Positions 54,451 through 64,000 of a DNA stretch of 64,000 nucleotides are shown one piece after another. The translations under genes were made by a program, and so were the position numbers. The notes under the pieces are model-generated. The model did not search any database. It saw nothing but the letters and a program-made list of their open reading frames with translations, and was not told the origin of the DNA. Within the stretch, counting starts at the first letter, position 1, and each line of letters starts with the position of its first letter. Source of the stretch: Candidatus Aenigmatarchaeota archaeon (GTDB lineage Archaea > Aenigmatarchaeota > Aenigmatarchaeia > GW2011-AR5); the NCBI GenBank assembly GCA_016187335.1, contig JACPJW010000001.1, positions 853,978-917,977 on the forward strand. The letters are read 5' to 3'.

Positions 54451-55653
54451 TCTTCCGTGCCGTGCTTCGGCTTTTTCATACCAGGGCATTATAAGCGATG
54501 CCTCCACGGAGCTTCTTGCATAGACCTTCCTGGCGGAATCAAGATATTCCAAGGTTCCTAAATGAAATTTGCGTCGTGGCTTTCTGAGATGCCTGATAAC
54601 CGCCCCCCTGCTTGCGGGGAGATTATGCGTGGCTGCCGTCATTGCCGCCACAAATATTTCTCTTTCCCTCTCGTCCAGGCTCTCTATAGCTTTTCTCGCA
54701 TCGTCAATCAGCCCGTATCTTCCCAGATCAAACACCATGCGCCTCCAGTTGGCGTAGCTGAACAGCATAGCGGAGTTCGCATGGTCCTGCAGGCTTTTCA
54801 AATTTAGTGCAGACTCCGGTACCCTTTTCGCTTCGGGAAGGAACTGGTTCATGGCAGCCACATCTTCCATGGCATATTTTGTCATCTGGAAAGGGCTGAT
54901 GCTGACGAAAGGATCGGCCCTGGCAGGGTAGAACGTCAGGAATTGTATTCCAGCTTCCTTCAGAAGCCTGTCGAGATACCATGCCTTGAGCGCGGCGTTT
55001 ATCCATTCACGTCTTCCGTTCCTGAATGCTACGCGGGGGAGCATTTCAGTAATGTTATAGCCGATAATGACATCGGGGTTTGTGCTATTCACTACGGCGT
55101 CCATGAAGGGCCGTGCATTGTCGCCGTAAGTTCGCCTCCTGTCCTCGTGAAGCTCTTTAAGAAGTTCTATTGCCTTGGCAGCTTCGTTTTGCTTATACTG
55201 CTTCAATGAATAGCGGGCTCCTTTTCTTGTTTCTGCAACGGCCTTTTCCCTGAATCTTTGGAGAAGTTCTTTCTGCCTTTGGTAACCGGGCCTTGAAAAT
55301 TCGCGCCGTCTTAATTTTTCATCCCACATTGCCCTCATTGCGCGCTCGAAATCAATCTTTTCTCCGTGTCTTGACACTCCGAGGGGCAATGCAAAATCTC
55401 CATCGGTTTCAAGGCGTATAATGCGTTGATCAACGGCCTGCTGGAGTGTAAGAGGATAAAGCTCGCGCGCAACGCCCCATGCCGACGGCGCATCGAAAGT
55501 GTACACTTCATCAAACAGCCTGCCAGTCATCATGTTCTGGGGCTTTTTGTAAGATATTCTTTCCGCCGGCCTGCAACCGGAAAAATAGAAAGCTGCAGCA
55601 CTAGCTAATGCAAGATGTATAAGTTCTCTTCTAGTGGGATTTCCATAGACCAT
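54445..55653 (-). CDS. hypothetical lipoprotein-like protein
   Basis: N-terminal hydrophobic leader ending AAFYFSGC (lipobox-like Cys). 402 aa helical protein. No family recognised. Confidence 0.4.
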   Translation of the reverse strand: MVYGNPTRRELIHLALASAAAFYFSGCRPAERISYKKPQNMMTGRLFDEVYTFDAPSAWGVARELYPLTLQQAVDQRIIRLETDGDFALPLGVSRHGEKIDFERAMRAMWDEKLRRREFSRPGYQRQKELLQRFREKAVAETRKGARYSLKQYKQNEAAKAIELLKELHEDRRRTYGDNARPFMDAVVNSTNPDVIIGYNITEMLPRVAFRNGRREWINAALKAWYLDRLLKEAGIQFLTFYPARADPFVSISPFQMTKYAMEDVAAMNQFLPEAKRVPESALNLKSLQDHANSAMLFSYANWRRMVFDLGRYGLIDDARKAIESLDEREREIFVAAMTAATHNLPASRGAVIRHLRKPRRKFHLGTLEYLDSARKVYARSSVEASLIMPWYEKAEARHGRK

Positions 55654-55718
55654 AAAATACTTTCACAAGAAAGCTTTAAATTTTCACTACTTTGAAGTGA
55701 AACTTTGTTTTCTTCCCT

Positions 55719-57185
55719 CTACCTCGGCTTGTAGTTGTACCGGGGCTCGGATAATTTTCTTCCATGGCCGTGGTAATGGAACCATCCCAGAATGAGCACG
55801 ATTATGATTACGGCTATTAATATAGCTATTCCGTAGTCGGCAACAGCCTTTGGAACTTTTATGCCGGCTATTTCGCCTTGTTCCTGCGGCTGCTCAACCT
55901 GCTGTTGCCCTGCGCCCGGCTCGGCGCTTGCTGCAGGCTGCGCGGTTATCGCGAACACGCTGAAGCCCGGCGTCGCTGCAGTGTACTTTACGGAAGCTGT
56001 TTCTTCGCTCAGCAGCGTTGTTGGAAGCTCATTCCATCCTCCCGCATACCTGCTGAGCTTCACGGAATTCCTGTCCTTGTCCGCGAGCCATGTCTTGTTG
56101 ACGGAAAAAGTGATTGACGCTGATTTTATGTCGCTGTCAGAAATATTGATTGTTTTTATGTCAAGATACTTGTAAACGCCCTGCGGCGGCGCGGGCACGC
56201 TGGGCGCTGTAACCTCCTTGACAGTTATGGAAACATCCTTGACCGCGTTCACAACATCTATCAGAATGCTGCTCACGGCGGTTTTCGTGAACGTGACTGT
56301 TGATGCAACGCCCGGGCTTATCTGGCTTATTGTTTTCGTTTCCGAAACCTCTGTGGTTGTGACAGAGCCGCCGCCGCCTCCACCCCCTCCAGAACTGGAG
56401 CTGCTTGATGGCGAACCGCTGGAACTGCTCCCTGTGCCGCTGAACGTCACCGTCGCGCTTTTTGATTTTGTTGTAGTCACTGATGAAGAAGTTCCCGATG
56501 CCGTTACCGTGTTCGTGCAGTCAGCGCCTCCCTGGACAATGCGCCACGTTCTTGTGGCTTCCGTATTATGCGACAATGCCCCTACGCTCTTGGCGGCAGT
56601 ATGACCAGAAGAAAGCGAGCATCCGCCTGCGCCGCCCCATGTCATTGTAACATCTCCAAGGTCGCCGCCTGCTATGGTTGTTGCCGTCACGTCAAACTCG
56701 GCGCCCTGCGCGGCTGAAGCGACTGATGCCGATGCCGTCAGTGATTTTATGGTTATTACGTTTATGTTTGTGTTCGTCACGAACGTGTCCGCTGTGTTGT
56801 CAATCTGCACCGACTGGAACTTGTTCGTGGCTCCGGGACTCACGGCCTTTATGCCTGAGAAGGTTGCCGTTGTGCTTCCGCCCGCGGTTATGCTCGTTGA
56901 AAAGCTAGTTCCTGTGTAAGACGTCTGCTCCGCCCAGCTGCCGCTGACAAGAAGCGATACTGTGCTTATGCTTGCGGAATTCTGCGTGTCTTCGTTCTTC
57001 AATGATACCTGGCATGAGAACGCCGCGCCGTTCTCCACTACAACCGTGCCCGACTGGCCGTTGCACGTGAACGTCTCGACGCTCACCGCGGCAAAGGCGG
57101 GAGCAATCAGAGCGGAAAGGAAAACCATCAAGGCTGCCAAAAGCGTCATTTTGCCCGGTCCGAATTTTTTTTTCATTCCTTTCAC
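55719..57185 (-). CDS. cell-surface protein with C-terminal TM anchor
   Basis: Signal peptide, Thr/Ser-rich beta-domain, poly-Ser/Gly linker (SSSSSSGGGGGGGGS), Gln/Pro-rich stalk, a C-terminal TM (IAILIAVIIIVLILGWF), and a basic tail. Confidence 0.55.
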   Translation of the reverse strand: MKGMKKKFGPGKMTLLAALMVFLSALIAPAFAAVSVETFTCNGQSGTVVVENGAAFSCQVSLKNEDTQNSASISTVSLLVSGSWAEQTSYTGTSFSTSITAGGSTTATFSGIKAVSPGATNKFQSVQIDNTADTFVTNTNINVITIKSLTASASVASAAQGAEFDVTATTIAGGDLGDVTMTWGGAGGCSLSSGHTAAKSVGALSHNTEATRTWRIVQGGADCTNTVTASGTSSSVTTTKSKSATVTFSGTGSSSSGSPSSSSSSGGGGGGGGSVTTTEVSETKTISQISPGVASTVTFTKTAVSSILIDVVNAVKDVSITVKEVTAPSVPAPPQGVYKYLDIKTINISDSDIKSASITFSVNKTWLADKDRNSVKLSRYAGGWNELPTTLLSEETASVKYTAATPGFSVFAITAQPAASAEPGAGQQQVEQPQEQGEIAGIKVPKAVADYGIAILIAVIIIVLILGWFHYHGHGRKLSEPRYNYKPR

Positions 57186-57195
57186 TTCCGTTTTC

Positions 57196-60100
57196 TTACG
57201 CCGTAGCGTTTATCCTTATCGTGCGCGAAGCCGTGACGTTCGTGTTCCCGAAGGTGTCGTTGGCGTAAACCTTGTACGTGTAATTGCCGATGCTGAGCCC
57301 TGTCTGGTTCCTGAACCAAAGAAGCTTTGTCGCAGACAGGTTGGTCATGCTGTAGTTGGTTCCGTTGAACTCAAGCTGCGCTACATCGGCTGCCTCGTTT
57401 AATGTGATATTAACAAACGTGTGGTTGACGTTAATAACAGCGCCGCTGCTTGCCGTTGGCGCCACAAAAGTAATGTTCGGCCCGTTCGTGTCCACGGTGA
57501 AATTGATTACGGCTGATAAATTGCTTCCGCTGGAATTGCTCACGTTCACCTGCAGTTTGTTGGACCCTTCGCCCCCGAGGAACGATGTGTTCCCGCATGC
57601 AAATGTCGTGAATGATATCCACTCGTCGCTGGTAAGGTTGTAAGTGCATGTTGTTATGTTCCCTGTCCATGTGAAATTAAGAGTGATGTTCTTCGCCGTA
57701 TACGTCGTGTTTGTCGGGCTTTGTACGGATATCTGCGAGGTGAAATTATTCAGGGTCACAGTAAATCTTATGAGCGAAGAATTCGCTGTTGTCCCGCCCG
57801 TGCTGTTGGCGTATATTGTCAGATTGTTCGCCCCTTCGGCTGCCGTGAACGTGCTGTTGCCGCAGCCGGCTAGCGTTACATTCGTTGTGTTGCTGTTCAG
57901 CCTGTACCAGCATGCCGACGCCGTTGCGTTGACTACGGAGTAGCTCAGCGATATGTTCGTGAAACTATAGCTTGTGTTGGCTGGCGATGAAACGGTTACC
58001 GCAGGCGTTCCGTTCATGTTCAACGTGAACCTGACAATAGACGAGTTGACCGTCGTGCCATTGGTGCTGGTCGCATAAACGGTTACGTTGTTGGCGCCGC
58101 TTGAAGCCGTGAAAGAGCTGTTTCCGCAGCCTGTCAGCGTTACATTGCTGGCGTTGTTGAGCTTGTACCAGCACGCTGTGACTGTTCCGCTCACTATGGA
58201 ATAATTAAGCGAAATGTTCGTGGACGCGTACGTTGTGTTCGCGGGCGATGAAACAACTACCGCAAACGTCCCGTTCACGCCGGTGGCGTTGCTCGTTGCG
58301 TTTGACAGTCCTCCTATAAGGTTGAACGTCGTCGCGTTCGTCGCGGAGTTCCAGTCGTTATCATAGCAGTACGTATACACTGTATAGTTCTGCTGCGTCG
58401 TCATGCCCGCCGTGCTGTGGTTGTACGAATGCGACGTTGAGTCTGTGGAAACAGGGACTCCTGAGTTGCTCCACCACTTTGACGCGTAGCTGAAATATGC
58501 CGTGCTTGAATTTGTAGGATCATACTTCGTAAGGTTGCACGCCGAAGGCAGCGAAGTGCCGTTGCTTCCGCAATAGTTAGCGTTGTACTGCCCGTAATTG
58601 TAAATGTAAATATAGCATACGGCCTGCTCCGTTGTGGTCGCAGTGAACAGGATGCTTGTCGCGTTTATCACCTGCTCCGCCGTTGGCGATGTTATCGTTA
58701 TGCTCGGCGCAGTCCTGTCAATGATGCGGAACGTTGCGTCCTTTATTATTCCTATTTCTCCAGTGGTTTTTTCCGTGACAAAGATCTTCACCGCGTAATC
58801 GCCGAAGTCCCATAACCCGCCGGATGCATTGATGCGTATATATCCCGAACCTGTCATGTTGGCTCCTGCAACGCTCGTGAACCTGCCGCTGGTGAGGTTC
58901 ATTGCCTCAAACGTCGCGTTCTGGTATACCCTGCAGCTGTCAGACCAGCATCCTGATGATGTCTTAGCTATCTGGACATTGGTTACGTTCACGCTTATCT
59001 GGGTTCCGCTCACGTTCCGCAGCGAATACACGAACATTGTCACGTTCTCGCGCTGGCCGAAGGAATTCTTCCATCCCCCGCTGTCGTCAACGGAATACAT
59101 GTATCCCGTCAGCGTCTGCTGCGCGTAGAAATAAACGCTGTTGTAGGATTCTATGATTGATGAAGCGTCGTCCTGTTCCACGTATTCAAAGTAAATATAA
59201 TTGTATCCCTCGTTCCACCCGTTCGCAGGGGGCACTATTGTTACTATGGCTGACCTGTTTATGAAGCATGTCGTTGATGTCTGTGAGTCGCAGCTTCCTA
59301 TCACAAACCTGTACCTTGTCTTGCTGGGCCATCCCCAGTAGAATGCCGACGAGAGGTTGCCTGTTGCCGGCGCGCCGGCTGGGGTTGTGAGCGTTATGTT
59401 GACGGTTATGTTCGTGTTGAGGCCGACATTGTAACTGGATATCCTGTTGGTGCTGTCAATGAACGAGGTTACCCTGAACCAGAACCATGCCGTCTGCGTG
59501 TCGTTCGTCAGGTTGTCCTTGACTATTATGGTGCCGCTCTTGTAGCCCGGCCTCCACTTGCCGCTTGTGGGGTTTATCACAAGCGTCGTGGTGTTCCTGA
59601 ACGTCGAGGCGTTGCTGCTTATGCTGTAGTTGAGGTTCGTTATCCTGTAGACGCCGTTGGTCCATGATGTTTCCTGGACTTTCGTGACTGTATAATTTCC
59701 GTTGATAAGGGCGCTGTTGTACCAGTCAGGCTCGTTGACAGTCAGGGAAACAGACGCGTTTTCAGTTGTGCCGACGTTGTAGGAAACAATATTTGTGGAA
59801 ACCCTGAAAGGCTGCACGGAGAACCATATGTACCCTTTTGACGTTGTATTTTCCACGCTCTCTCTCATCTTGATTTCGCCGTTGTACCATCCTGAAGGCC
59901 AGTTTCCTGCAAGATACGTCACGTTTATTATTTGGGTTCCGTTTACAAGCAGCGGCGTTATGTTTATGTCGCCGGGATATCTGAACTCCCGCTGCGACTG
60001 CGTTGTCTGGTCCCACATGCGTATGACGGCTTCTGTTATGGTTGCGTTGACGTAGTCAGCAGCGGTATAGCTGCTTTTTTGCGATTTTGTTGTTGTCACG

Positions 60101-63100
60101 TTGAAATAAATCGGGGTGTTGCCCTTGTTGTTGTAGACGTAACCGGAGCCGTTTGCATTCGTCGGCTGCGTGTTCACGTAGAAGGTTATGACATTGAACC
60201 ATCCGTAGCCGCTTTCCGTGCCGTTCAGGTCTAAAACAACTGAATAATATCCTGACGACCACGTGCCCCCTGTCGGCGAGATGTTGAGCAGGTATTTGCC
60301 GTGCGTTGCCGTATTGGCAGAGGAAAACCACGGGCTTGAGGTGTTTATGGTTATCGGCGTCGCCGTGAAGTTGCTTGTTGTCAGCTCAACAGGCGGCCAC
60401 TGGGAATAGTCAAGTATTTTCTTCACGTTTATCGTGACGTTGCCCAGAGCCGTTCCTCCGTTGTCGTTCCAGTTGCTGGCCTCCGTTATCCTTACGTACA
60501 ATGACACGTTCTCGCGGGCGTTTAATGAGTTCTTGTAATCAAAGCTGCTGCCCCTTATTTCAACGGGCTGCGCGTAGGCGTCCCAGTTCCTTATGCTGAA
60601 CCACGCCTCGCCGTAATCCACCTGGCTGTTAACGGTCACCTTGATGACCGCTGAATAATATCCTCCTGCCCAGATCCCGGATGAGGAACGGCCCGAAGGA
60701 AGCGTGACGCTGCCCACGCCGTTCGTTATGGTCATGTTCAGGCCCGTTGCGTTGTAGTCGTATTTTATCGGCGGCCATATCCATTCGCCGACGCCGCCGT
60801 AAAAGTTTATGCTGTCAACAACAGCTGTCCCCGACAATCCGTTGGAAGACGTCCACCACCCGCTTCCCGCCTCGTAGACGTTGACATTCAGCGAGATGTT
60901 GGAGGTGCCTTTGTTCGCCCAGTTGGTGCTGTAGCCGTACACGTAAAACGCCCGCGCCTCAAAATAGCTTCTTGCCTTGTGGTACGTTATCTTGTCGTCG
61001 CCGAGTATGTTGAAGGTCACGACGTGCCTGCCGCCGTCCCACGTGCCGTCGGGCTGGACGGTGCAGATGTACCCGCCGCTGTTGTCCGTGGCGCTGCATG
61101 TTGACGCGCTCGTATTCAGCGACTTTGTTTTTCCTGTCTGCGTGTTGAACACGTTTTCTATCGTCACTGTCGCGTTGTTGATTGACCTTTTCTTTGTCGT
61201 GTCAAAGCTGCATTGCGTTCCGCGGCCGTAAGAGGCGTTTCCTGATATGTTGCTCAGGGAAGCCTTCCCTGTAGGATTCTGCGCCTCGTTGATTGTCAGC
61301 TGGAAGTAAATCGTATCCGACGTCCTGAACTGGTACCAGTAGTCGCTCGTGCTGGTATCGGATGTGCCTTTTGCCGACGCGCATACGTCATAAGGATTTA
61401 TCCCGAAGCGCGTTGTTACGACAGCTGACTTGTTGTTGGCGTAAACCTCAACAAGATATACGCCGCCTGTCTTCGGGGGATCAATCTGCAGCCTGCCTGC
61501 CGTGCTGTTCCACGCCCACTGCAGCGTCGCGTCGGAAAAATTCATGGAGCTTACGTTCGTCTCGCTGTATGAAAACTGCGTGCCGTTGTCGTAAGTTATG
61601 CTTGATAAAGCCGCGTTGTATATCGTGATATTTGACGTCACGTTCTTGCCGGACAGGGATATGTAAACGAATTCCGTCGTGCCAAAGAGCTCTTTTATAT
61701 TTCCTTCTGAATCCGATGGGTACGAAGTTGCTGTTATGTCCGTTGCTTTTATTGTCTGATCCGCCGATTCGTAAACCCCCGAGTAGTTCGCTGCTACTGA
61801 AAGCGTATAGTCTCCTACCGTGGACGGCACTGCCAGGTTGAATTCGTAGCACGCCTTCCCGCCGCAGCTTGCGTTGTAGCGGACCGTGGTATTTCCTACG
61901 ATGGAGCCCAGCGGGTTTTTCAGAAGGATTGTGAAATTTGACGTGAGGTTCTGCAATACAGTGCCGTTGGCCCTTTCGGTCGGGTACGCTTCAAACGAGA
62001 CGTTCTTGCCGACGAACGCGGTGTAGCCGTATTCAAAGCCGGAGTTCTGGGACGCTTTCTTGAAGCTCATGGACCAGTCGCGCACCTGGAACGATGTTGT
62101 CGCGTTGACGGTCTCGCCGCCCTGCTTCGCAACGGAAATCCTTGTCGTGTAAAATCCTACAATGAGCGACGAAGAAGCAGTAAAAGGTATCTTGTCAACG
62201 AAGCCGTTTGATGAGTTGAGCAGCACGCTTGTCAGGTTCAGCACGTTGTTGCCGTTCGTGTCTATGACATCGCCCGTCGCGTTGTAAACCCCCGTCGGCG
62301 TCGTGGAGTTGTAGCTGACCCGGACTTCAACGAAGCCCGTCTCGCCCCTTGTGAAGATATTCTTGAAAACAAGAGCGGAAGAGTCTTTCATGTACGCTTC
62401 AACGTCAAACGGCACGACCTTGAAATTGGTAAAGCCCACGAAGTTGTTTGCCTCCAGAATGTATGTGCCTGATGCGGAGGGCGCCGTCGTGTTTATGGCG
62501 CATGTTCCCGACGCCGACGTCACGCAGGTGTAGCTGCTGATGATGCTTTCGTTCAGCTGCATCATTGTCATGTTTATTGTAATATTGCTGACAGCGGCGA
62601 AGCTGTCGCCCACTTTCTGCACGGCTCTCACTGTTATTGACATGTTTTCGGACGCGTAGAAATTTATTTTCGCCAGCTGAAAGAGAATGTCGTCAATCCT
62701 GCTGTTCACGACAACGATGTTTGCCTTGGAAATCCATATGCCGCTTTCTATTGACGAGTTGGCAACTAATATGTACGTACCTGTCGCATTGGGCGATAAT
62801 ATTGCCGTGGCGGAAGGGTTGAAGCTGCTCCTGGAGAAGAAGGTGCCGTTCTCGTTTGTCGTGAAAGTGTAATTGCTGACTGTCCCGTTGGTTGAATTGA
62901 GCATGGAAACGTTAACGTTCACGCTGCCGAGATAAGTCGTGATGTTGAGCGTGGAATTGGATGTGATGTTCAGCACGGTCCCTGTTATGGAAACATTTTC
63001 CGCGGGCCCGAAGACGTACTTGGAAACGACAAGCTGTATCTCGTAGGTGCTGGATGCAAAGGATATGGACGAAAGTAGCAATACAAACAAGAACAGGAAC

Positions 63101-63117
63101 AAGCTGTTATTTTTCAT
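57196..63117 (-). CDS. giant secreted surface (S-layer-like) glycoprotein, 1973 aa
   Basis: Signal peptide and extreme Asn/Thr/Ser content with very many N-x-S/T sequons. Four tandem Ig-like repeats of about 85 aa at the C-terminus (VTVSSPANTSYSFTNISLSYS...CWYRLN...). No TM anchor. Confidence 0.6.
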   Translation of the reverse strand: MKNNSLFLFLFVLLLSSISFASSTYEIQLVVSKYVFGPAENVSITGTVLNITSNSTLNITTYLGSVNVNVSMLNSTNGTVSNYTFTTNENGTFFSRSSFNPSATAILSPNATGTYILVANSSIESGIWISKANIVVVNSRIDDILFQLAKINFYASENMSITVRAVQKVGDSFAAVSNITINMTMMQLNESIISSYTCVTSASGTCAINTTAPSASGTYILEANNFVGFTNFKVVPFDVEAYMKDSSALVFKNIFTRGETGFVEVRVSYNSTTPTGVYNATGDVIDTNGNNVLNLTSVLLNSSNGFVDKIPFTASSSLIVGFYTTRISVAKQGGETVNATTSFQVRDWSMSFKKASQNSGFEYGYTAFVGKNVSFEAYPTERANGTVLQNLTSNFTILLKNPLGSIVGNTTVRYNASCGGKACYEFNLAVPSTVGDYTLSVAANYSGVYESADQTIKATDITATSYPSDSEGNIKELFGTTEFVYISLSGKNVTSNITIYNAALSSITYDNGTQFSYSETNVSSMNFSDATLQWAWNSTAGRLQIDPPKTGGVYLVEVYANNKSAVVTTRFGINPYDVCASAKGTSDTSTSDYWYQFRTSDTIYFQLTINEAQNPTGKASLSNISGNASYGRGTQCSFDTTKKRSINNATVTIENVFNTQTGKTKSLNTSASTCSATDNSGGYICTVQPDGTWDGGRHVVTFNILGDDKITYHKARSYFEARAFYVYGYSTNWANKGTSNISLNVNVYEAGSGWWTSSNGLSGTAVVDSINFYGGVGEWIWPPIKYDYNATGLNMTITNGVGSVTLPSGRSSSGIWAGGYYSAVIKVTVNSQVDYGEAWFSIRNWDAYAQPVEIRGSSFDYKNSLNARENVSLYVRITEASNWNDNGGTALGNVTINVKKILDYSQWPPVELTTSNFTATPITINTSSPWFSSANTATHGKYLLNISPTGGTWSSGYYSVVLDLNGTESGYGWFNVITFYVNTQPTNANGSGYVYNNKGNTPIYFNVTTTKSQKSSYTAADYVNATITEAVIRMWDQTTQSQREFRYPGDINITPLLVNGTQIINVTYLAGNWPSGWYNGEIKMRESVENTTSKGYIWFSVQPFRVSTNIVSYNVGTTENASVSLTVNEPDWYNSALINGNYTVTKVQETSWTNGVYRITNLNYSISSNASTFRNTTTLVINPTSGKWRPGYKSGTIIVKDNLTNDTQTAWFWFRVTSFIDSTNRISSYNVGLNTNITVNITLTTPAGAPATGNLSSAFYWGWPSKTRYRFVIGSCDSQTSTTCFINRSAIVTIVPPANGWNEGYNYIYFEYVEQDDASSIIESYNSVYFYAQQTLTGYMYSVDDSGGWKNSFGQRENVTMFVYSLRNVSGTQISVNVTNVQIAKTSSGCWSDSCRVYQNATFEAMNLTSGRFTSVAGANMTGSGYIRINASGGLWDFGDYAVKIFVTEKTTGEIGIIKDATFRIIDRTAPSITITSPTAEQVINATSILFTATTTEQAVCYIYIYNYGQYNANYCGSNGTSLPSACNLTKYDPTNSSTAYFSYASKWWSNSGVPVSTDSTSHSYNHSTAGMTTQQNYTVYTYCYDNDWNSATNATTFNLIGGLSNATSNATGVNGTFAVVVSSPANTTYASTNISLNYSIVSGTVTACWYKLNNASNVTLTGCGNSSFTASSGANNVTVYATSTNGTTVNSSIVRFTLNMNGTPAVTVSSPANTSYSFTNISLSYSVVNATASACWYRLNSNTTNVTLAGCGNSTFTAAEGANNLTIYANSTGGTTANSSLIRFTVTLNNFTSQISVQSPTNTTYTAKNITLNFTWTGNITTCTYNLTSDEWISFTTFACGNTSFLGGEGSNKLQVNVSNSSGSNLSAVINFTVDTNGPNITFVAPTASSGAVINVNHTFVNITLNEAADVAQLEFNGTNYSMTNLSATKLLWFRNQTGLSIGNYTYKVYANDTFGNTNVTASRTIRINATA

Positions 63118-63163
63118 TAATCGCCCTTTCCCCTGACCACTGAAATAATATGCAGAAACACGG

Positions 63164-63171
63164 TATATAAG
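63164..63171 (-). promoter_or_regulatory. candidate archaeal TATA box for the giant surface-protein gene
   Basis: Minus-strand TTATATAC lies about 47 nt upstream of the ATG at 63117. Confidence 0.35.
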
Positions 63172-63222
63172 CGTAATCCCTGCGGAATCCCGGGCAATCC
63201 AGGGCGTAATCCAGGCGTAATG
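63171..63222. promoter_or_regulatory. array of five direct repeats (GCGTAATCC / GGAATCC / GCAATCC) with 10-12 bp periodicity upstream of the surface-protein promoter
   Basis: AATCC at 63175, 63186, 63196 and 63208, plus a partial copy at 63219. The helical-turn spacing suggests an activator-binding array. Confidence 0.4.
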
Positions 63223-63335
63223 TAGTTTAAGAAACAGCTGGGAATATTACAATTTTGGACATTAAGTCTGGTGTAATTTTACCAAAAGGTTAAATTTAAA
63301 TAGATTACTATTAAGTGATAACTTAAGGTACAGAC

Positions 63336-63701
63336 ATGACGAAGAAAATTATTATTGCTGATGACCAGAGCTTCTTTAGAGATTCTATTGTTTTATTAGT
63401 CCAAGGTGAATATCCCACTCTTGAAATTGAAACAGTTGATGACGGGAAGCCCCTTGTAGAAAAAGTCAGAAATGGCGGGTATTCTTTTGTTTTAACGGAT
63501 AATAATATGCCTGTGATTAAGGGAACAGAAGCAGTAAGACAAATAAGACAATACGACGAGAATACTCCAATATATTTGATGAGTAGCAGCAACGATCCTG
63601 ATACAGTAAGAGGAGCTTTAAAAGCAGGAGCAACAGATTTCATATATAAAAATAAATTATGGGAAGAATTACAACCAGTTCTGAAAAAGCATCTGGGATA
63701 A
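63336..63701 (+). CDS. stand-alone response-regulator receiver (CheY-like) protein
   Basis: IIIADDQ, phospho-Asp region FVLTDNNMPVIKG, LMSSS (Thr/Ser) and FIYKN (Lys) all intact. About 36 % GC. Confidence 0.7.
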   Translation: MTKKIIIADDQSFFRDSIVLLVQGEYPTLEIETVDDGKPLVEKVRNGGYSFVLTDNNMPVIKGTEAVRQIRQYDENTPIYLMSSSNDPDTVRGALKAGATDFIYKNKLWEELQPVLKKHLG

Positions 63702-63735
63702 AATTATTAATCCTTCTTATATATTCTTCAAATAA

Positions 63736-63978
63736 TTATTCCAGCTCCCAGCTTTCTATGAAGCGGTCAACAGCCTTGTCAAAGAAGCTCGCCTTGTAGG
63801 CGACAAGGTATTTTATTATCCTTTTCTCGTCGCTCACGGAATAGAAGCGGAACCGCCCCTTCCTTTTCTGCACGACCAGCTTTTTTTCAAGAAGCATTTT
63901 CAGGTACCACGAAAGGTTTGAAGGGCTTACGCCAAGTTCGTCGGATATTTTCCTGGCGTTTGATTTTCTGTTTTCCAT
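63736..63978 (-). CDS. ArsR/winged-helix transcriptional regulator
   Basis: 80 aa. ISDELGVSPSNLSWYLKMLLEKKLVV is a wHTH motif. Confidence 0.6.
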   Translation of the reverse strand: MENRKSNARKISDELGVSPSNLSWYLKMLLEKKLVVQKRKGRFRFYSVSDEKRIIKYLVAYKASFFDKAVDRFIESWELE

Positions 63979-64000
63979 GAGGTGAATAAGTATTTTTCTT

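Noticed and set aside
56218-57943. Several 80-150 aa plus-strand ORFs
   Set aside because: They lie inside, and antisense to, the giant surface-protein genes. The Thr/Ser codon bias leaves long open antisense frames.
1-64000. Bacterial origin of the contig, suggested by the sigma54 activator, LuxR, DsbA and MscL genes
   Set aside because: The exosome, S19e/L31e/L39e, aIF6, proteasome alpha, TFS, RpoL, Dph2, archaeal RibK and intron-containing tRNAs make an archaeal origin overwhelmingly likely. The bacterial-type genes are best explained by horizontal transfer.

Overview
This 64 kb window is archaeal. It carries an exosome core (Rrp4/Rrp41/Rrp42), ribosomal proteins S19e/L31e/L39e, aIF6, proteasome alpha, TFS, RNAP subunit L, Dph2, SRP54/FtsY, RNase P Rpp21 and archaeal CTP-type riboflavin kinase. 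GC is about 50 % with sharply AT-rich inserts. Positions 1-28 kb are mostly housekeeping: cysS, a VapBC toxin-antitoxin pair, the conserved S19e-L39e-L31e-eIF6-pfdA-ftsY cluster (interrupted by AT-rich foreign genes), SRP54, psmA, purC/purB/purF, SBDS, the exosome operon, HtpX, dph2-rpoL and signal peptidase. Positions 28-64 kb are accessory. They hold a convergent pair of AbrB-ACT paralogs, a copper-resistance island (TRASH-domain regulator, Met-rich protein, TRASH chaperone, CopA P-type ATPase, multicopper oxidase), and a Cys-rich secreted/membrane cluster (PCYCGC-like proteins, two proteins ending in GMVGGC, DsbA-like). They also hold a DEAD-box helicase preceded by a tandem array of covarying short hairpins, a YHS plus DipZ-like redoxin operon, and two multi-intron tRNAs: tRNA-Cys(GCA) at 45058-45225 and tRNA-Gly(TCC) at 52715-52906. 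A bacterial-type sigma54-activator AAA+ protein with an intact GAFTGA-like motif and a LuxR-type regulator follow the tRNA-Cys. Further on come a PhoU/TrkA-C plus MgtE-like transporter, MscL, and a 21-nt direct repeat of the tRNA-Gly 3' end that brackets two small tandem cassettes (integrated-element remnants). The window ends with an operon of very large N-glycosylation-rich surface proteins (1973 aa and 488 aa), a periodic direct-repeat array upstream of it, and an AT-rich orphan receiver gene. No CRISPR array and no rRNA were seen. The most unusual signals are the two families of palindromic hairpins (one of them inside tRNA introns), the tRNA-associated tandem att-like repeats, the sigma54-type activator in an archaeon, and the C-terminal GMVGGC motif pair.
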